A stretch of 64,000 bases of DNA from Bdellovibrionales bacterium (GCA_031370005.1 JANMPT010000050.1:1-64000), one strand, 5' to 3'; shown: positions 9,232-19,422, counted from the stretch's first letter. Notes: a model not told the origin generated them from the sequence alone. Numbers and translations are program-made.

Positions 9232-9738
9232 TTATTGTGCGCCAGTGGTTGGCGCTGATGAGTTTTCATCGTCAGTGGACTTTTTGTTGCCACTGAGCTT
9301 ATTTAAGACTTTTGCGAATTCGGCGGGGGATGTTTGTTTGAAAGTAAGACCTTTTACTTCTATGGTGCGATCATTGATGACTTTGACCTTGTATTCTTTT
9401 TGTTCTTTATTATCGCCAGTCCCGATTTCAAGATTGGCGGTGAGCTCGGTGCCGTCATAACAAAGTTTAGTGACATAGCCGTTGTCTTTTTTCACGCCGA
9501 AGATGAGTTTGTAAACGGCTTCACCTAAAATCTTTCCATCGATGACACGAAAAATAAGTGCAGAGACTGGAAAGCTGTTTCTAGTGAACATCACAGGAGG
9601 GTATTGTTGCAGGAACTTCGGAAATGAGGCTTGCTTGGCCGCGAGTTCGGCTGCGTTAGTAATGCAGGTTTCAGCAGAGTAGGAAGATTGAGAGAAACCT
9701 AAGCCTATAAAACATATAACTAAGAGTTTAAATATCAT
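9232..9738 (-). CDS. Hypothetical secreted protein
   Basis: Signal peptide-like N-terminus ending SSYSA; co-oriented with 8720-9220. Confidence 0.7.
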   Translation of the reverse strand: MIFKLLVICFIGLGFSQSSYSAETCITNAAELAAKQASFPKFLQQYPPVMFTRNSFPVSALIFRVIDGKILGEAVYKLIFGVKKDNGYVTKLCYDGTELTANLEIGTGDNKEQKEYKVKVINDRTIEVKGLTFKQTSPAEFAKVLNKLSGNKKSTDDENSSAPTTGAQ

Positions 9739-9810
9739 CTTAGTTATATTCTCTAGCTTGTTTCGTGGCTTGGTAAGTCCAGAGTAGGTCCAGATATATG
9801 CTAAGAGGGT

Positions 9811-10329
9811 CTATTTAGCACTTTCGCGGATAAATAGGGACAGATAATGGCGAACCATGTACTCCAATTTCAAGGGTTGACCATGGAATGTCCAAATAAG
9901 TTCCTCGAAGGCCGCCCACTTTGCTTCCACAAGGTTTTCTTCCATCACATTTGCATTGGCCGCCGGAGTATTGGTCTCCAAGGCTCCGGGGGTTGGAATG
10001 TAATTCGTTCCGATAAAATTAAAACGCACACTAATTTGACCAGGAGCTTTGAGGGCGAAGATCATTTTAAAGCCATTACGGAAGAGCATGAAGTCCGCAT
10101 GGGTCTTTGCTATCCCATAAACTTTGATACGTCCTAATGCCGATGGCTTTAGCTCGTTAAAATTAGAAGATGAATCAACAAATTCTGTTTTAAGGTTTAA
10201 AAGGAACTGGATACTTTCCGTGACTAGGACGCGTTCTGGATCAAAACCAAAGCTCATATCCACAAGTCCGGACTCTTCCATTTGTTGTTCAGCTTTCACA
10301 AGTTCTTTAATCCAGCTGATTTTTTCCAT
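9811..10329 (-). CDS. Hypothetical cytoplasmic protein
   Basis: ATG at 10329 after a GGGGG RBS-like run; globular composition. Confidence 0.7.
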   Translation of the reverse strand: MEKISWIKELVKAEQQMEESGLVDMSFGFDPERVLVTESIQFLLNLKTEFVDSSSNFNELKPSALGRIKVYGIAKTHADFMLFRNGFKMIFALKAPGQISVRFNFIGTNYIPTPGALETNTPAANANVMEENLVEAKWAAFEELIWTFHGQPLKLEYMVRHYLSLFIRESAK

Positions 10330-10429
10330 AAGCCCCCCAGCGAATGCGTACATCAATGATGCATGTCGACACTCTCAGTGTTTGCGACGACCTGGATTTT
10401 TGTCAAGGTCTTCGCTTAAACGTGGCGCG

Positions 10430-13366
10430 CTAAAAACCGCTGAATTGGATCGCCAGGCCCAGGGTGCTGTTCGGGGCGTATTTTTCATTAGTGCCTTTAT
10501 AGATACCAAATACGAAATTCAGCGGGAATTCATAGCCCAGCGTGCTTTCAAGGTGAGCTTCAATGCCGTAGCTCCAGAAAATATCTGAGGCTGTGACTGC
10601 ATCATAACTTCGGTTTGCTAAATTGTAGGCGAAGCCATCGGTTGAAATCCCATCCGTAATAAGTGCGGCATAAAGGCGACGGAAGAAAAAGGCATAGGTG
10701 CCCTTCCCTTCGTACAAGTCTTTCACTGGAAAGCGATATTCAAAATTGACGTTATACATATTGCGACCAATGAGTTGCCCAGTGGAATAGCCTCGAGCTA
10801 AAAATTTAGACACCAGGTCCTGACCGACAAAATCCATGGAGTCCGATTCAGTCCCATAAATCGCCGGGATTTTTTCAGGAGTATAGAGCACACTGCCTCG
10901 GATCATGAGCGCATGAAGTTTTGGCAAAAATTTTGAGAAGTAATAGACGCCACCTGTTTGAAATTGAGAGTGCGCCATGAGGCCAGCACCTTCAATATAG
11001 TCGGTTGCAATCAAGTAAGCGCCGCCCCCCTCCTGAGGAGTAAACTGATCTCCACCCTCGGTGATGTTCTTATAGATCAAGGAGGTAAAGGGCCCGGTGC
11101 GCCTTGTGGTATCCATGCTGTTTAATGTTCTTTCAAGGAAACGCCAGCCTAAGCTCAGAGTGAGCTTGTCGCTGAGACTCCAGATATCTGGAAGCGCGGA
11201 AATTTGTGCTAAAGTATCTTTGATTAGATTATCCCGAGTCACAATATAAGAGTGCGTTTGAGCCCCCGTGACTTGGACAGGAAGGTTTGTGACGTTATTC
11301 AAATAGCTCGTGGACCAGTCAAAGGTCCCAAGGTAAGTGTTCCAGTCTATTAAAAAGTCATAGCTATGTTTTTTTAAAGGATCAAAACCTGAAGTCTGAG
11401 CTTGAATGATCAGTCCACCTTCAGGCGAGGTCCAAAGATAAGGAATCCAGTAGCGCGGCCACAGATAGCTCCAAGGACTATAATCTGTAACTTCAAACTT
11501 TGGCGTGGAGATTGCGTTCTGAGACTCTGCGGTTAAGAGAGTTTTGTAACGATCAGCGAAAAGGCCATCGATGTGTGGCAAATCCTGAGGAGTTTTTTGC
11601 CAATCGTCCTTAGCGATCATGACAACCGTGGGACCCACCGCAGACATATATGTCACATATAGATTTTCAGATTCAGGGTCCAGTGCCGCCATGGTGATCA
11701 TAGTCAGAACGTGAGTAATTGGTTTGGCAATTTTTAGATGAGCGCTAGCAAGGTATAAATTATGAACGCCATTGTTTGAGGCTGTGAACAGCAGTCCTCG
11801 TTTAGTTAAAACCGGGAATCGCGCTTGTTCAAAAGCAGTTAATACTGGGACAATGTTTTTATTTTTTAAGGAGTAAGTCCAAAGACCCTCCTGCCCTTGA
11901 GTATTTCGAAGTGCGAAGATAATGGTGTCGGAATCTAAGAAAATTGGTGAGGAGATTCTTTTTTGGATTTCCGGGCTATAGAGTATTTCGGCCTTATCGC
12001 TGGCGATATCATAAAGGCCTAGACGAGTGCGCCCGCCCTCAAGCCTAACAAACACCACCTTGTCGTCGTTTGGTGAAACTGAGGGTTCGCGGGCGCGGAG
12101 AGCCGTGGTCAGCTTTTTGCTTTTTCCTGTATCGATATCGTAAGTATGAAGGTCTGAGTATCGTTCGATGCGATTGACGTAGCGTAGCTGGTCATAGATT
12201 AATTTCGAAGACTTGTGAAACCACGAAATTTTTTGAATACTTCCTGAGGGCGGGCCGTCCTCCTTATTATTATTTTTTGGCACAAGCGGCGGCTCTTCTT
12301 TTTTGATCTCGACCTTGAGTTTTTTCGTGATCATTTTCGTATCTGGATCGCGAATGAAAATATTCATCACGCGATCGGCTTTGTAATCCACTGTGATGAG
12401 GGCTAGATATTTTCCGTCATCGCTGATAGCAGGAGCGGATGCGTATTTGGCATCTATGGGAAGACTGTGAATTGCTGTTGTGGGTATTGAGCGCAAAGTT
12501 TTAATTTGTGCTTGAGCCAGTTTATCGGTCTCGGTCAGCGCTTTTTCGTAGAAACCTTCATAATTGTCATTTAAGAGCTCGCGAGCCGGGGTTTCAATAA
12601 AATAAGGAACTCTTGAGGAGTGGCGTAGGGTTAGGTTGTTCATCACTTCGTGGCCGTAGTCCTGCACGGCTTGGCTCCAGAAAATAGAGCCGAACAGGTA
12701 AGCTCTCATGCCCTCAGGCCAACTGGGGATGTTTTCGTTGATCTGAGCGATATCATAGTTAAAAAGGCTTTTATTATCTGCCATGGCTCGAATCACAGAG
12801 TCTTGATACATAGATTTCAGACGTCCGCCTTTTGGGGCCAGCAGACTTTCTGTTTCAACTGCCAAGCCTTCCTTCCACCAGTTAGGTAGCAAGATGTTTG
12901 GAGAGGCGATACTTCCCATCACTCCGCGCAGGGCTTTAAAAATGCCGTTGGCCGGTTCAAAGCTAAGAATGTGAGTATACTCATGGGAAAGAAGCTCCAA
13001 AGACCAATCACCACTTTCACTTAAGCTCTCCTCAGGCCCAGGAAGTACTGGGTAGGTCATAATATGAGGATAGGGGATGCGAGTTGCATAACCATTTGTT
13101 GCATCCGTTTTGTCATTGATAATGATAAGTGTCTTTGCGGGCTGAACACTGAAAACTGACGAGAGCAGGGCAAAGGCCCTTTCCATTTGTAGAGCATAGA
13201 GCTCGCCGAGCTCTTGCTGCTCAGCATTATAAATAATGTCAAAATGAGCTGTGGAGATTTTCTTAAAGCGCCACTCCGGAGGAGCTTCCAAAGAGATGCT
13301 TTGAGAGGGGAAAAGAGCTGAGGTGACGACAACGACACAAAAGAGTAACAGAAATTTCATTTTCAT
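10430..13366 (-). CDS. Secreted gluzincin-like domain + TolB/PD40 beta-propeller + Omp85-like C-terminal barrel
   Basis: HEYTH and WWKEGLA; PAISDDGK/PSVSPNDD propeller repeats; ARGY and EYRFP motifs with terminal Phe. Confidence 0.75.
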   Translation of the reverse strand: MKMKFLLLFCVVVVTSALFPSQSISLEAPPEWRFKKISTAHFDIIYNAEQQELGELYALQMERAFALLSSVFSVQPAKTLIIINDKTDATNGYATRIPYPHIMTYPVLPGPEESLSESGDWSLELLSHEYTHILSFEPANGIFKALRGVMGSIASPNILLPNWWKEGLAVETESLLAPKGGRLKSMYQDSVIRAMADNKSLFNYDIAQINENIPSWPEGMRAYLFGSIFWSQAVQDYGHEVMNNLTLRHSSRVPYFIETPARELLNDNYEGFYEKALTETDKLAQAQIKTLRSIPTTAIHSLPIDAKYASAPAISDDGKYLALITVDYKADRVMNIFIRDPDTKMITKKLKVEIKKEEPPLVPKNNNKEDGPPSGSIQKISWFHKSSKLIYDQLRYVNRIERYSDLHTYDIDTGKSKKLTTALRAREPSVSPNDDKVVFVRLEGGRTRLGLYDIASDKAEILYSPEIQKRISSPIFLDSDTIIFALRNTQGQEGLWTYSLKNKNIVPVLTAFEQARFPVLTKRGLLFTASNNGVHNLYLASAHLKIAKPITHVLTMITMAALDPESENLYVTYMSAVGPTVVMIAKDDWQKTPQDLPHIDGLFADRYKTLLTAESQNAISTPKFEVTDYSPWSYLWPRYWIPYLWTSPEGGLIIQAQTSGFDPLKKHSYDFLIDWNTYLGTFDWSTSYLNNVTNLPVQVTGAQTHSYIVTRDNLIKDTLAQISALPDIWSLSDKLTLSLGWRFLERTLNSMDTTRRTGPFTSLIYKNITEGGDQFTPQEGGGAYLIATDYIEGAGLMAHSQFQTGGVYYFSKFLPKLHALMIRGSVLYTPEKIPAIYGTESDSMDFVGQDLVSKFLARGYSTGQLIGRNMYNVNFEYRFPVKDLYEGKGTYAFFFRRLYAALITDGISTDGFAYNLANRSYDAVTASDIFWSYGIEAHLESTLGYEFPLNFVFGIYKGTNEKYAPNSTLGLAIQFSGF

Positions 13367-13426
13367 TAGACTAGTATCACCGCATGGCAACGCAACATCA
13401 ATATCGAATCAACTCTTTGATATGGT

Positions 13427-13454
13427 TTGACAATAATCTGTCATGCCTTAAAGT
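13427..13454 (+). promoter_or_regulatory. Putative sigma70 promoter of the pal operon
   Basis: TTGACA-N16-TAAAGT upstream of the AGGAGG RBS. Confidence 0.5.
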
Positions 13455-13489
13455 TTTAAAGGTTAAAAAACTTTCAAGGAGGAAGAACG

Positions 13490-13999
13490 ATGTTACGTAA
13501 ATTGACGTTCATATTTGCTGCATTGGCATTGGTTGTTGGCTGCAAAGGCAAGCAAACAAAATCAGATGTGGAGTCTACACAGATCGCAACACCAACAGCT
13601 GATGGTGCTATTGATTCAACAGCTATGAATTTTGATACTGCAGGCAGCGACAGTGGAAAAATTCCTGGGCTAGCGACAGTTCATTTTGAATATGATAAAT
13701 CCAATCTTAGTCCCGAGAATAAAAAAATTCTTCAGGGCGACGCGGATTGGATTAAAAAGAACACGTCTTTTAAAGTTCAGATTGAAGGACATTGTGATGC
13801 TCGTGGAACTATTGAGTACAATTTAGCTCTTGGCGAAAGACGCGCAAACGCTGTAAAAGCCTATCTCGTAAGTCTTGGTGTTCCAGCAGCTCGTTTGTCT
13901 GTGATTAGCTATGGAAAAGAAAAACCAGTTGAACCGGGCGAAAGTGAATCAGCAAATGCTAAAAATCGTCGTGCCAACTTCCTCCCTGTTCAGCAATAG
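13490..13999 (+). CDS. pal: Peptidoglycan-associated lipoprotein Pal (OmpA_C)
   Basis: Lipobox VVGC; IEGHCDARGTIEYNLALGERRA, SYGKEKP and NRRA motifs. Confidence 0.95.
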   Translation: MLRKLTFIFAALALVVGCKGKQTKSDVESTQIATPTADGAIDSTAMNFDTAGSDSGKIPGLATVHFEYDKSNLSPENKKILQGDADWIKKNTSFKVQIEGHCDARGTIEYNLALGERRANAVKAYLVSLGVPAARLSVISYGKEKPVEPGESESANAKNRRANFLPVQQ

Positions 14000-14014
14000 G
14001 AAAAGGATAATTGG

Positions 14015-14323
14015 GTGAGGGGATTTATTGTTTTTGCAATTACGCTGATGATGCTCACTTTGAGTTGTCAATCGGCCCCCAAACCGGTCGAAGAATATAC
14101 TTTAGCTCGGGCTGCCATTGATGCAGCTCGAGCAGTTCAAGCTCCCCGCCACTCGCCAGGCTATTGGCACCAAGCCGATGAGGCTTATCGACAAGGTCGA
14201 TTGTTATACAAAGACCGTGATTATGCGAAAGCACGTGAAGCATTTGTTAAAGCAAGATTGGCCGCAGAAAAAGCTGAGAACTCGGCACGTTTAATTCGGC
14301 AAAAAACTGGAGACGTTTTATGA
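14015..14323 (+). CDS. DUF4398-like lipoprotein
   Basis: Lipobox TLSC; Ala-rich helical body; sits between pal and cpoB. Confidence 0.65.
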   Translation: MRGFIVFAITLMMLTLSCQSAPKPVEEYTLARAAIDAARAVQAPRHSPGYWHQADEAYRQGRLLYKDRDYAKAREAFVKARLAAEKAENSARLIRQKTGDVL

Positions 14324-15009
14324 AATCGATGCTCACTGTAAGCAGTTTTTTCCTGAGTGTTTGTGTGGTCTTTACGGGCTGCCTCAAAACTCGCACTGAT
14401 GTTCGTGAGACAGAACAAAAACAAGTGATTCAACAAGAAGTGACAAAGTTACAAAAAACCAATGCAGATGTTTCCAGTCGATTTTCCGATATTGAGGATG
14501 ACATGAGAAATCTCCGTGGCCGTTTGGAAGTACTTGAGCACAAAAAAGACCAGGGCTCCCAAGAAGCTGAGTCCGTAAAAAAGTATGCAAGCGAGCAGTC
14601 TACAGATGCCAGCAAAAAGATTCTTCTTCTTCAAGAAGGCCTGAGTGGCCTTGAAAAAACTGTATTTCAGCTAAACGCAGAACTAAACGCCCTTAAGACG
14701 GAAAAAGCGGCAATTGCGGCACAAAAAAAAGCAGCTGCTGAGTCTAATAAGAAGGGCTCTTATGAGCTTGCTCAAGAGTACTTTGATCAAAAGGACTGGA
14801 AAAAAGCAATTTTGAATTACCAAAAGTATCGCGATGAAAGTCCTAACGGAAAGAAGATTGCTGAGGCTACATACAAAATGGGAGTTTCATTTCAGGAACT
14901 AGGTATGAAAGACGAAGCCAGGACTTTCTATGATGAACTTGTTTCTAAATATCCGAGTTCCAATGAAGCGAAAAAAGCCAAAGTTCGTTTGAAACGCCTT
15001 AAAAAATAA
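14320..15009 (+). CDS. cpoB: Tol-Pal system TPR protein CpoB/YbgF
   Basis: Lipoprotein with coiled coil and C-terminal TPRs (YPSSNEAKKA); downstream of pal. Confidence 0.8.
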   Translation: MKSMLTVSSFFLSVCVVFTGCLKTRTDVRETEQKQVIQQEVTKLQKTNADVSSRFSDIEDDMRNLRGRLEVLEHKKDQGSQEAESVKKYASEQSTDASKKILLLQEGLSGLEKTVFQLNAELNALKTEKAAIAAQKKAAAESNKKGSYELAQEYFDQKDWKKAILNYQKYRDESPNGKKIAEATYKMGVSFQELGMKDEARTFYDELVSKYPSSNEAKKAKVRLKRLKK

Positions 15010-15020
15010 AAGAGCGAAAA

Positions 15021-16076
15021 ATGGATCGAGTCCTCGCCATTGAAACGAGCTGTGATGATACCTCTGTGGCAATCGTTGAGCATACAGGTTGGGTTCATTC
15101 AGTTGTTTCGGCAAGTCAAGACTTAGAGCATGCACCCTACGGAGGAATAGTTCCGGAGATTGCCTGTCGTAACCACTCGATTGCACTTCTTCCACTTATC
15201 GAAGAGGCCTTGAAAAAAGCTCAGATGACTTGGACAGATATTCCGGCCATTGCTGTCACGAACCGTCCTGGCCTTGTGGGGGCATTGATTGTTGGTCTTG
15301 TGACGGCAAAAAGCATTGCTCAAGCCCGCAACATTCCATTTATTGGGGTGAACCATCTTGAGGGGCATCTGCTTGCGCCCTTCTTGAAAGATGCTCAGTA
15401 TTCTCCGCCAGAAGATTTTGATTACCCCTACGTCGGCCTCGCCATTAGTGGCGGGCATACGAGTCTTTATTATATTCAGGGTATTGGTAATTACGAAGTT
15501 CTTGGTTCTACTAAGGATGATGCAGCCGGGGAGGCGTTTGATAAATTTGCTAAGATGGCAGGACTTGGTTTTCCTGGAGGTATTCGCGTTGATCGCGAAG
15601 CTCAGAATGGAAATCCCAAGGTCTATGACTTTCCACGCAGTATGATTCATGAAGATACTTTTGATATGAGTTTCTCGGGTTTAAAATCTGCTGGACAAAG
15701 AATGCTTGAGCAAATGGGGCCTGATGAGGTGAAAAAAAATTTGCCCGATCTTTGTGCGTCCTTTCAAGAAGCCATCGTGGATGTCTTGATTACGAAGCTT
15801 GAGAAAGCAGCAAAACAATTTAAATCAAAGAGAGTGATTTTAACCGGCGGAGTGAGTGCAAATTCTCGATTGCGAGCCCGCGCCGAGGACTGGGCAAAGC
15901 GGAAAAGCTTTAGACTTGTCATTCCACCACTGAGATACTGTACGGATAATGCGGCGATGATCGGCTACGTCGGCGTTTTAAGACTGAACCGTGGTGAGAC
16001 TTCTGATTTGGATCTCGGTCCCTCTCCGCGGAGTTTGCCTCAAGATTTTAACTTAAAAACAATGGCTAAACCATGA
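15021..16076 (+). CDS. tsaD: tRNA N6-adenosine threonylcarbamoyltransferase
   Basis: IETSCDDT, HLEGH, SGGHT, DDAAGEAFDK and CTDNAAMI motifs. Confidence 0.97.
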   Translation: MDRVLAIETSCDDTSVAIVEHTGWVHSVVSASQDLEHAPYGGIVPEIACRNHSIALLPLIEEALKKAQMTWTDIPAIAVTNRPGLVGALIVGLVTAKSIAQARNIPFIGVNHLEGHLLAPFLKDAQYSPPEDFDYPYVGLAISGGHTSLYYIQGIGNYEVLGSTKDDAAGEAFDKFAKMAGLGFPGGIRVDREAQNGNPKVYDFPRSMIHEDTFDMSFSGLKSAGQRMLEQMGPDEVKKNLPDLCASFQEAIVDVLITKLEKAAKQFKSKRVILTGGVSANSRLRARAEDWAKRKSFRLVIPPLRYCTDNAAMIGYVGVLRLNRGETSDLDLGPSPRSLPQDFNLKTMAKP

Positions 16077-16918
16077 GTACTGCTCGCGAGCGACTTCGAG
16101 AAGTGCAGGAGGCCCTTGGCATCGCTGCGAAAAGATCTCTTGGGCAAAATTTTTTGGTCAGTGATTTGGTCATCGAAAAAATTATTAATAAATCTAAGGG
16201 TTTTCATCCTGCAGTTTTAATTGAAGTGGGGCCGGGACCTGGAGCCCTGACTTATTTTCTTAGAAAAATGGAATGTGACTTTCTGGTAATAGAACTTGAT
16301 CGCACGCTAGCTCAGTACTGGAGAGATCAGGGATTGCGCGTGGTGGAGGGGGATGCGCTTCAGATTGATTGGACAGATTTTTACCTGAATCCTGGAAAAA
16401 AAATTCTAGTCAGTAATCTTCCCTATCAGATTTCTTCGAGCATTGTGATTGAACGCTGCTTGGACAGTTGTTTGGATAAAAATGGTGGTCTTGATCATAT
16501 GGTATTAATGTTCCAAAAAGAAGTGGCGCAAAGAATAGCTGCAAAAGCCAAATCCGAGAACTATGGGTTTCTCACGGTCATGGCACAAACCTTTTGGAAA
16601 ACAGAAACTGTAGCCGAAGCCGGTCCTCGGGACTTTTTACCACCACCAAGAGTGGCATCACGGGTTTTGGGCTTCACTCGCAAACCAAGTCCACTAAAAA
16701 ACCCAAAGTCATATCTTGCTTTTGTCAAAGCGGCCTTTGCTCAGCGTCGTAAGCTTTTAAAGAAAAATATCTCTTCTCTTTGCAGTCAAAAGGGAATAGC
16801 TGAAGAACAGCTGGTTGTTTGGATTACGGAGATGGGCTTTACTGAGACCGCCCGTGCCGAAGAACTGACACCTGAGCAGTTTGTAACTCTTTATAAAAAA
16901 TTTGGATTTGAAGTATGA
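16073..16918 (+). CDS. rsmA: 16S rRNA adenine dimethyltransferase
   Basis: LGQNFL, EVGPGPG, NLPYQI, MFQKEVAQR and QRRK motifs. Confidence 0.95.
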   Translation: MSTARERLREVQEALGIAAKRSLGQNFLVSDLVIEKIINKSKGFHPAVLIEVGPGPGALTYFLRKMECDFLVIELDRTLAQYWRDQGLRVVEGDALQIDWTDFYLNPGKKILVSNLPYQISSSIVIERCLDSCLDKNGGLDHMVLMFQKEVAQRIAAKAKSENYGFLTVMAQTFWKTETVAEAGPRDFLPPPRVASRVLGFTRKPSPLKNPKSYLAFVKAAFAQRRKLLKKNISSLCSQKGIAEEQLVVWITEMGFTETARAEELTPEQFVTLYKKFGFEV

Positions 16919-17367
16919 GTATTTTAATCATCCAAGAAAATAAAACAGCCAGATTCCACTATGAGATCATCGACACCTTCGAGGCAGGATTGATGCTGAC
17001 TGGAAGCGAAGTGAAAGCGCTTCGCGAGAAGAATGTGCAGTTGAAAGACTCCTATGTGGCTTTTCGCGGCGACGAAGCTTTTTTGCAAAATGCTCATATC
17101 AGTGTTTATAAAGCTAGCAGTTATAATAATCATGAACCTGAGCGGCTGCGAAAACTTCTGCTAAATCGTATTGAGCTTGACCGCATTTATGATGCGCTTC
17201 GTGAAAAAGGTTATAGCTGCGTTCCCTTAAAGATTTACTTCAAGAAAGGCCGCGCCAAACTAGAGATTGCCCTGGTGAAGGGCAAAAAGACTCATGATAA
17301 GCGCGAGGCAATTAAGAAGCGCGACGTCGACGCTCAGCTTCGATCGACACTACGTCGTTCTCGTTAG
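16915..17367 (+). CDS. smpB: SsrA-binding protein
   Basis: EAGLMLTGSEVK, RKLLL and GKKTHDKRE motifs. Confidence 0.97.
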   Translation: MSILIIQENKTARFHYEIIDTFEAGLMLTGSEVKALREKNVQLKDSYVAFRGDEAFLQNAHISVYKASSYNNHEPERLRKLLLNRIELDRIYDALREKGYSCVPLKIYFKKGRAKLEIALVKGKKTHDKREAIKKRDVDAQLRSTLRRSR

Positions 17368-17992
17368 TTTTTGTTCCATTGAATTCTTCAAAGGGAAGTT
17401 CTTGCATTCCAAGGCGGGATCTATTGATCATGATTAAATTTTTCCAAGCCGCATAGGCCTCCCGATTTTGCGGATCAATGGAAAACCTCTCGATTAGTTT
17501 CAATTCAGCTTCAGCATTGGCCTTTAAGGAACGATAGAAATAATCATAGGTCAGTGCCAGGTCGCGGAAGTCGTCATCGGTGGCGATTTTATAGTCGGGG
17601 ATATGCCAGTGACCGTACATAAGTTCTTTCATATGTTTTTCCATTTGCATTAATGGCGCTAATAGATTTTTTGTCATACGAAGGCCAATAAGTAGGGTCA
17701 TCCCTGCGACAAGGCACAGGCTAAGAACCATAAAGACTTCAAGCCAAATCACTTCACGTTCAAGATGGGTTACAAGAGCGGGCTGAGTATCATAGGCAAG
17801 TTTCGTAAACAGTGTGTAATTCTGATTGATAAAATAATATGCGGGTGCGAAGAAAAGCAGGACCCCACCGATGACAGAGGTCATTAAAAACAGTGTGTAC
17901 TTGTATTGAAAGGCTCTGTTTAGAATTATCTTCCGTGATCGTTTACTAGATCGGCGCGATTGTGACTCGTAAATTCTTTTTCCGTACAGCAT
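17312..17992 (-). CDS. Two-TM membrane protein with HAMP-like domain
   Basis: R-x-IILNRAFQ N-terminus, two TMs, then APLMQMEKHMKEL...DDFRDLALTYD HAMP-like segment. Confidence 0.7.
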   Translation of the reverse strand: MLYGKRIYESQSRRSSKRSRKIILNRAFQYKYTLFLMTSVIGGVLLFFAPAYYFINQNYTLFTKLAYDTQPALVTHLEREVIWLEVFMVLSLCLVAGMTLLIGLRMTKNLLAPLMQMEKHMKELMYGHWHIPDYKIATDDDFRDLALTYDYFYRSLKANAEAELKLIERFSIDPQNREAYAAWKNLIMINRSRLGMQELPFEEFNGTKTNENDVVSIEAERRRRAS

Positions 17993-17998
17993 ATATAC

Positions 17999-18025
17999 TT
18001 ATCGACAGATTGTGTTTTCTTTGAA
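17999..18025 (-). promoter_or_regulatory. Putative sigma28 (FliA) promoter
   Basis: Minus strand TTCA-N15-GTCGATAA; the ATG at 17992 begins 7 nt after the -10 element. Confidence 0.5.
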
Positions 18026-18073
18026 GTCCAATTATTCTCAATGTGAGTCGGTTTTGGCTCTAGGAGGTTTTTA

Positions 18074-18724
18074 ATGGGACTTTGGTCGAAGAAAATAAAA
18101 TATTTAACAGTGTTTTACATTGGAAGCATGATTTTTGCCCTAGGCTGTCAAAATTCCACTAAAAGAAATGAAAACTCCTCGTCTCTAAATGAGAATGCGC
18201 CATTAGTGGACGAAAAGTACAGCCTGACCGCAGATCGGCAGCAGTTTGATGAGTTGCGCAAAAATATTCCGGAAGAAAAGAAAAAAGAAAACGATGAGCT
18301 TGCTTTTATGAGTCAACTCTTCAGTGATGAAAAGAAAGCCCCCGCTCAGATTCGCGAGAAGTTTGATTCCATTCTACGCAAGAAACGTGAGATTTTCCAA
18401 AAAGATATGACCAGGGCCCGTGAGACTTATGTGAAAGAGGAAAAGAAGCGCAAAGAGGCATTCACAAAAGAGCAGGAGGAGGCGCGCGTCGATTTCAAAA
18501 AACAAAAATCTTCACGTGACTCCACCGCTGAGTTTTACAGCGATCTTGATGCCAAAAGGAAAGAATTTTACTCAAATGAACGAGATCAGCGCGATGAATT
18601 TGAGTCCGACATACGTGATAAACGAAAAAACTTTGACGATTATGCAAGGGAAAAAAGCAATGAGTTCAATCAAGAGCTTAGAGCGTATACCAAACGTATT
18701 GAGGAAGTTAAAAAAGCGAACTAG
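18074..18724 (+). CDS. Coiled-coil lipoprotein
   Basis: Lipobox ALGC; highly charged E/K/R helical body; AGGAGG RBS. Confidence 0.75.
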   Translation: MGLWSKKIKYLTVFYIGSMIFALGCQNSTKRNENSSSLNENAPLVDEKYSLTADRQQFDELRKNIPEEKKKENDELAFMSQLFSDEKKAPAQIREKFDSILRKKREIFQKDMTRARETYVKEEKKRKEAFTKEQEEARVDFKKQKSSRDSTAEFYSDLDAKRKEFYSNERDQRDEFESDIRDKRKNFDDYAREKSNEFNQELRAYTKRIEEVKKAN

Positions 18725-19422
18725 TTTTTTGTGTTCAATCTCGAAAAGAACTCACGGTGTAGATCCATTGTGATTGCAAAAAGTTTACCCTCGAGCATTG
18801 AGGTCAGAGGTTTAAATTCTATACCAAATATTTGCTTGATCGCTGAAGCACGGTTTTCGATTTTGTGATGGTTCACAGTAGCTTCGATTTCCAGAGACTC
18901 TCTATTTCCAATTGTGATGTGACCCTCAAGGCGATCTCCTGATTCTAAAATAGGTGCGTTCGCGACAAGAGCAATGCGGCACCCGCCGCTGCTTAAATCA
19001 AGGAGTTGTCCTTTTAATTTGGTGGGAATTTTATTGTGTACAGAAATCAGCAGGCTTGCCTTATAACTTTCGGGGATTTTAATGCGATAGTTTTGGCGAC
19101 GTTGAAGTCGGAAAAGGTCTGTATCCATTCTAAGGATCACAAGGTCGCCCTCAATACTGACAGGGGTTTTAAAGAAATAGCGTTCGCCGCCGAGAAAAAA
19201 ACTTCCTAGGACGTCGACTTCTTTTTGGGGCTGTGGAAAGCCAAGTGGCACAGAACAGTGCAACTGCTGCTCCCCTGAAGTGGCCATAACAAGGAAGCGA
19301 AAGAGGGTCGGGCTTTCACCTTTGACAGTGATTTCACCTCGGACATTTGCAAGGTCCTTGAAAAGACTCACACGCTCATCGGGGCGTAGTTTCGAAAAAA
19401 TGTCTGTAATATTTTGGCTCAC
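18721..19422 (-). CDS. PilZ domain protein (YcgR/flagellar-brake-like c-di-GMP receptor)
   Basis: QRRQNYR (RxxxR) and DLSSGG (DxSxxG) motifs. Confidence 0.9.
   Translation of the reverse strand: MSQNITDIFSKLRPDERVSLFKDLANVRGEITVKGESPTLFRFLVMATSGEQQLHCSVPLGFPQPQKEVDVLGSFFLGGERYFFKTPVSIEGDLVILRMDTDLFRLQRRQNYRIKIPESYKASLLISVHNKIPTKLKGQLLDLSSGGCRIALVANAPILESGDRLEGHITIGNRESLEIEATVNHHKIENRASAIKQIFGIEFKPLTSMLEGKLFAITMDLHREFFSRLNTKN

Noticed and set aside
10124..10588. 154-aa plus-strand ORF and the many other 60-175 aa ORFs in the track
   Set aside because: They are antisense or out-of-frame shadows of well-supported genes, with no motifs
16915..17400. tmRNA gene next to smpB
   Set aside because: No tRNA-like ends are visible, and the flanks are fully coding
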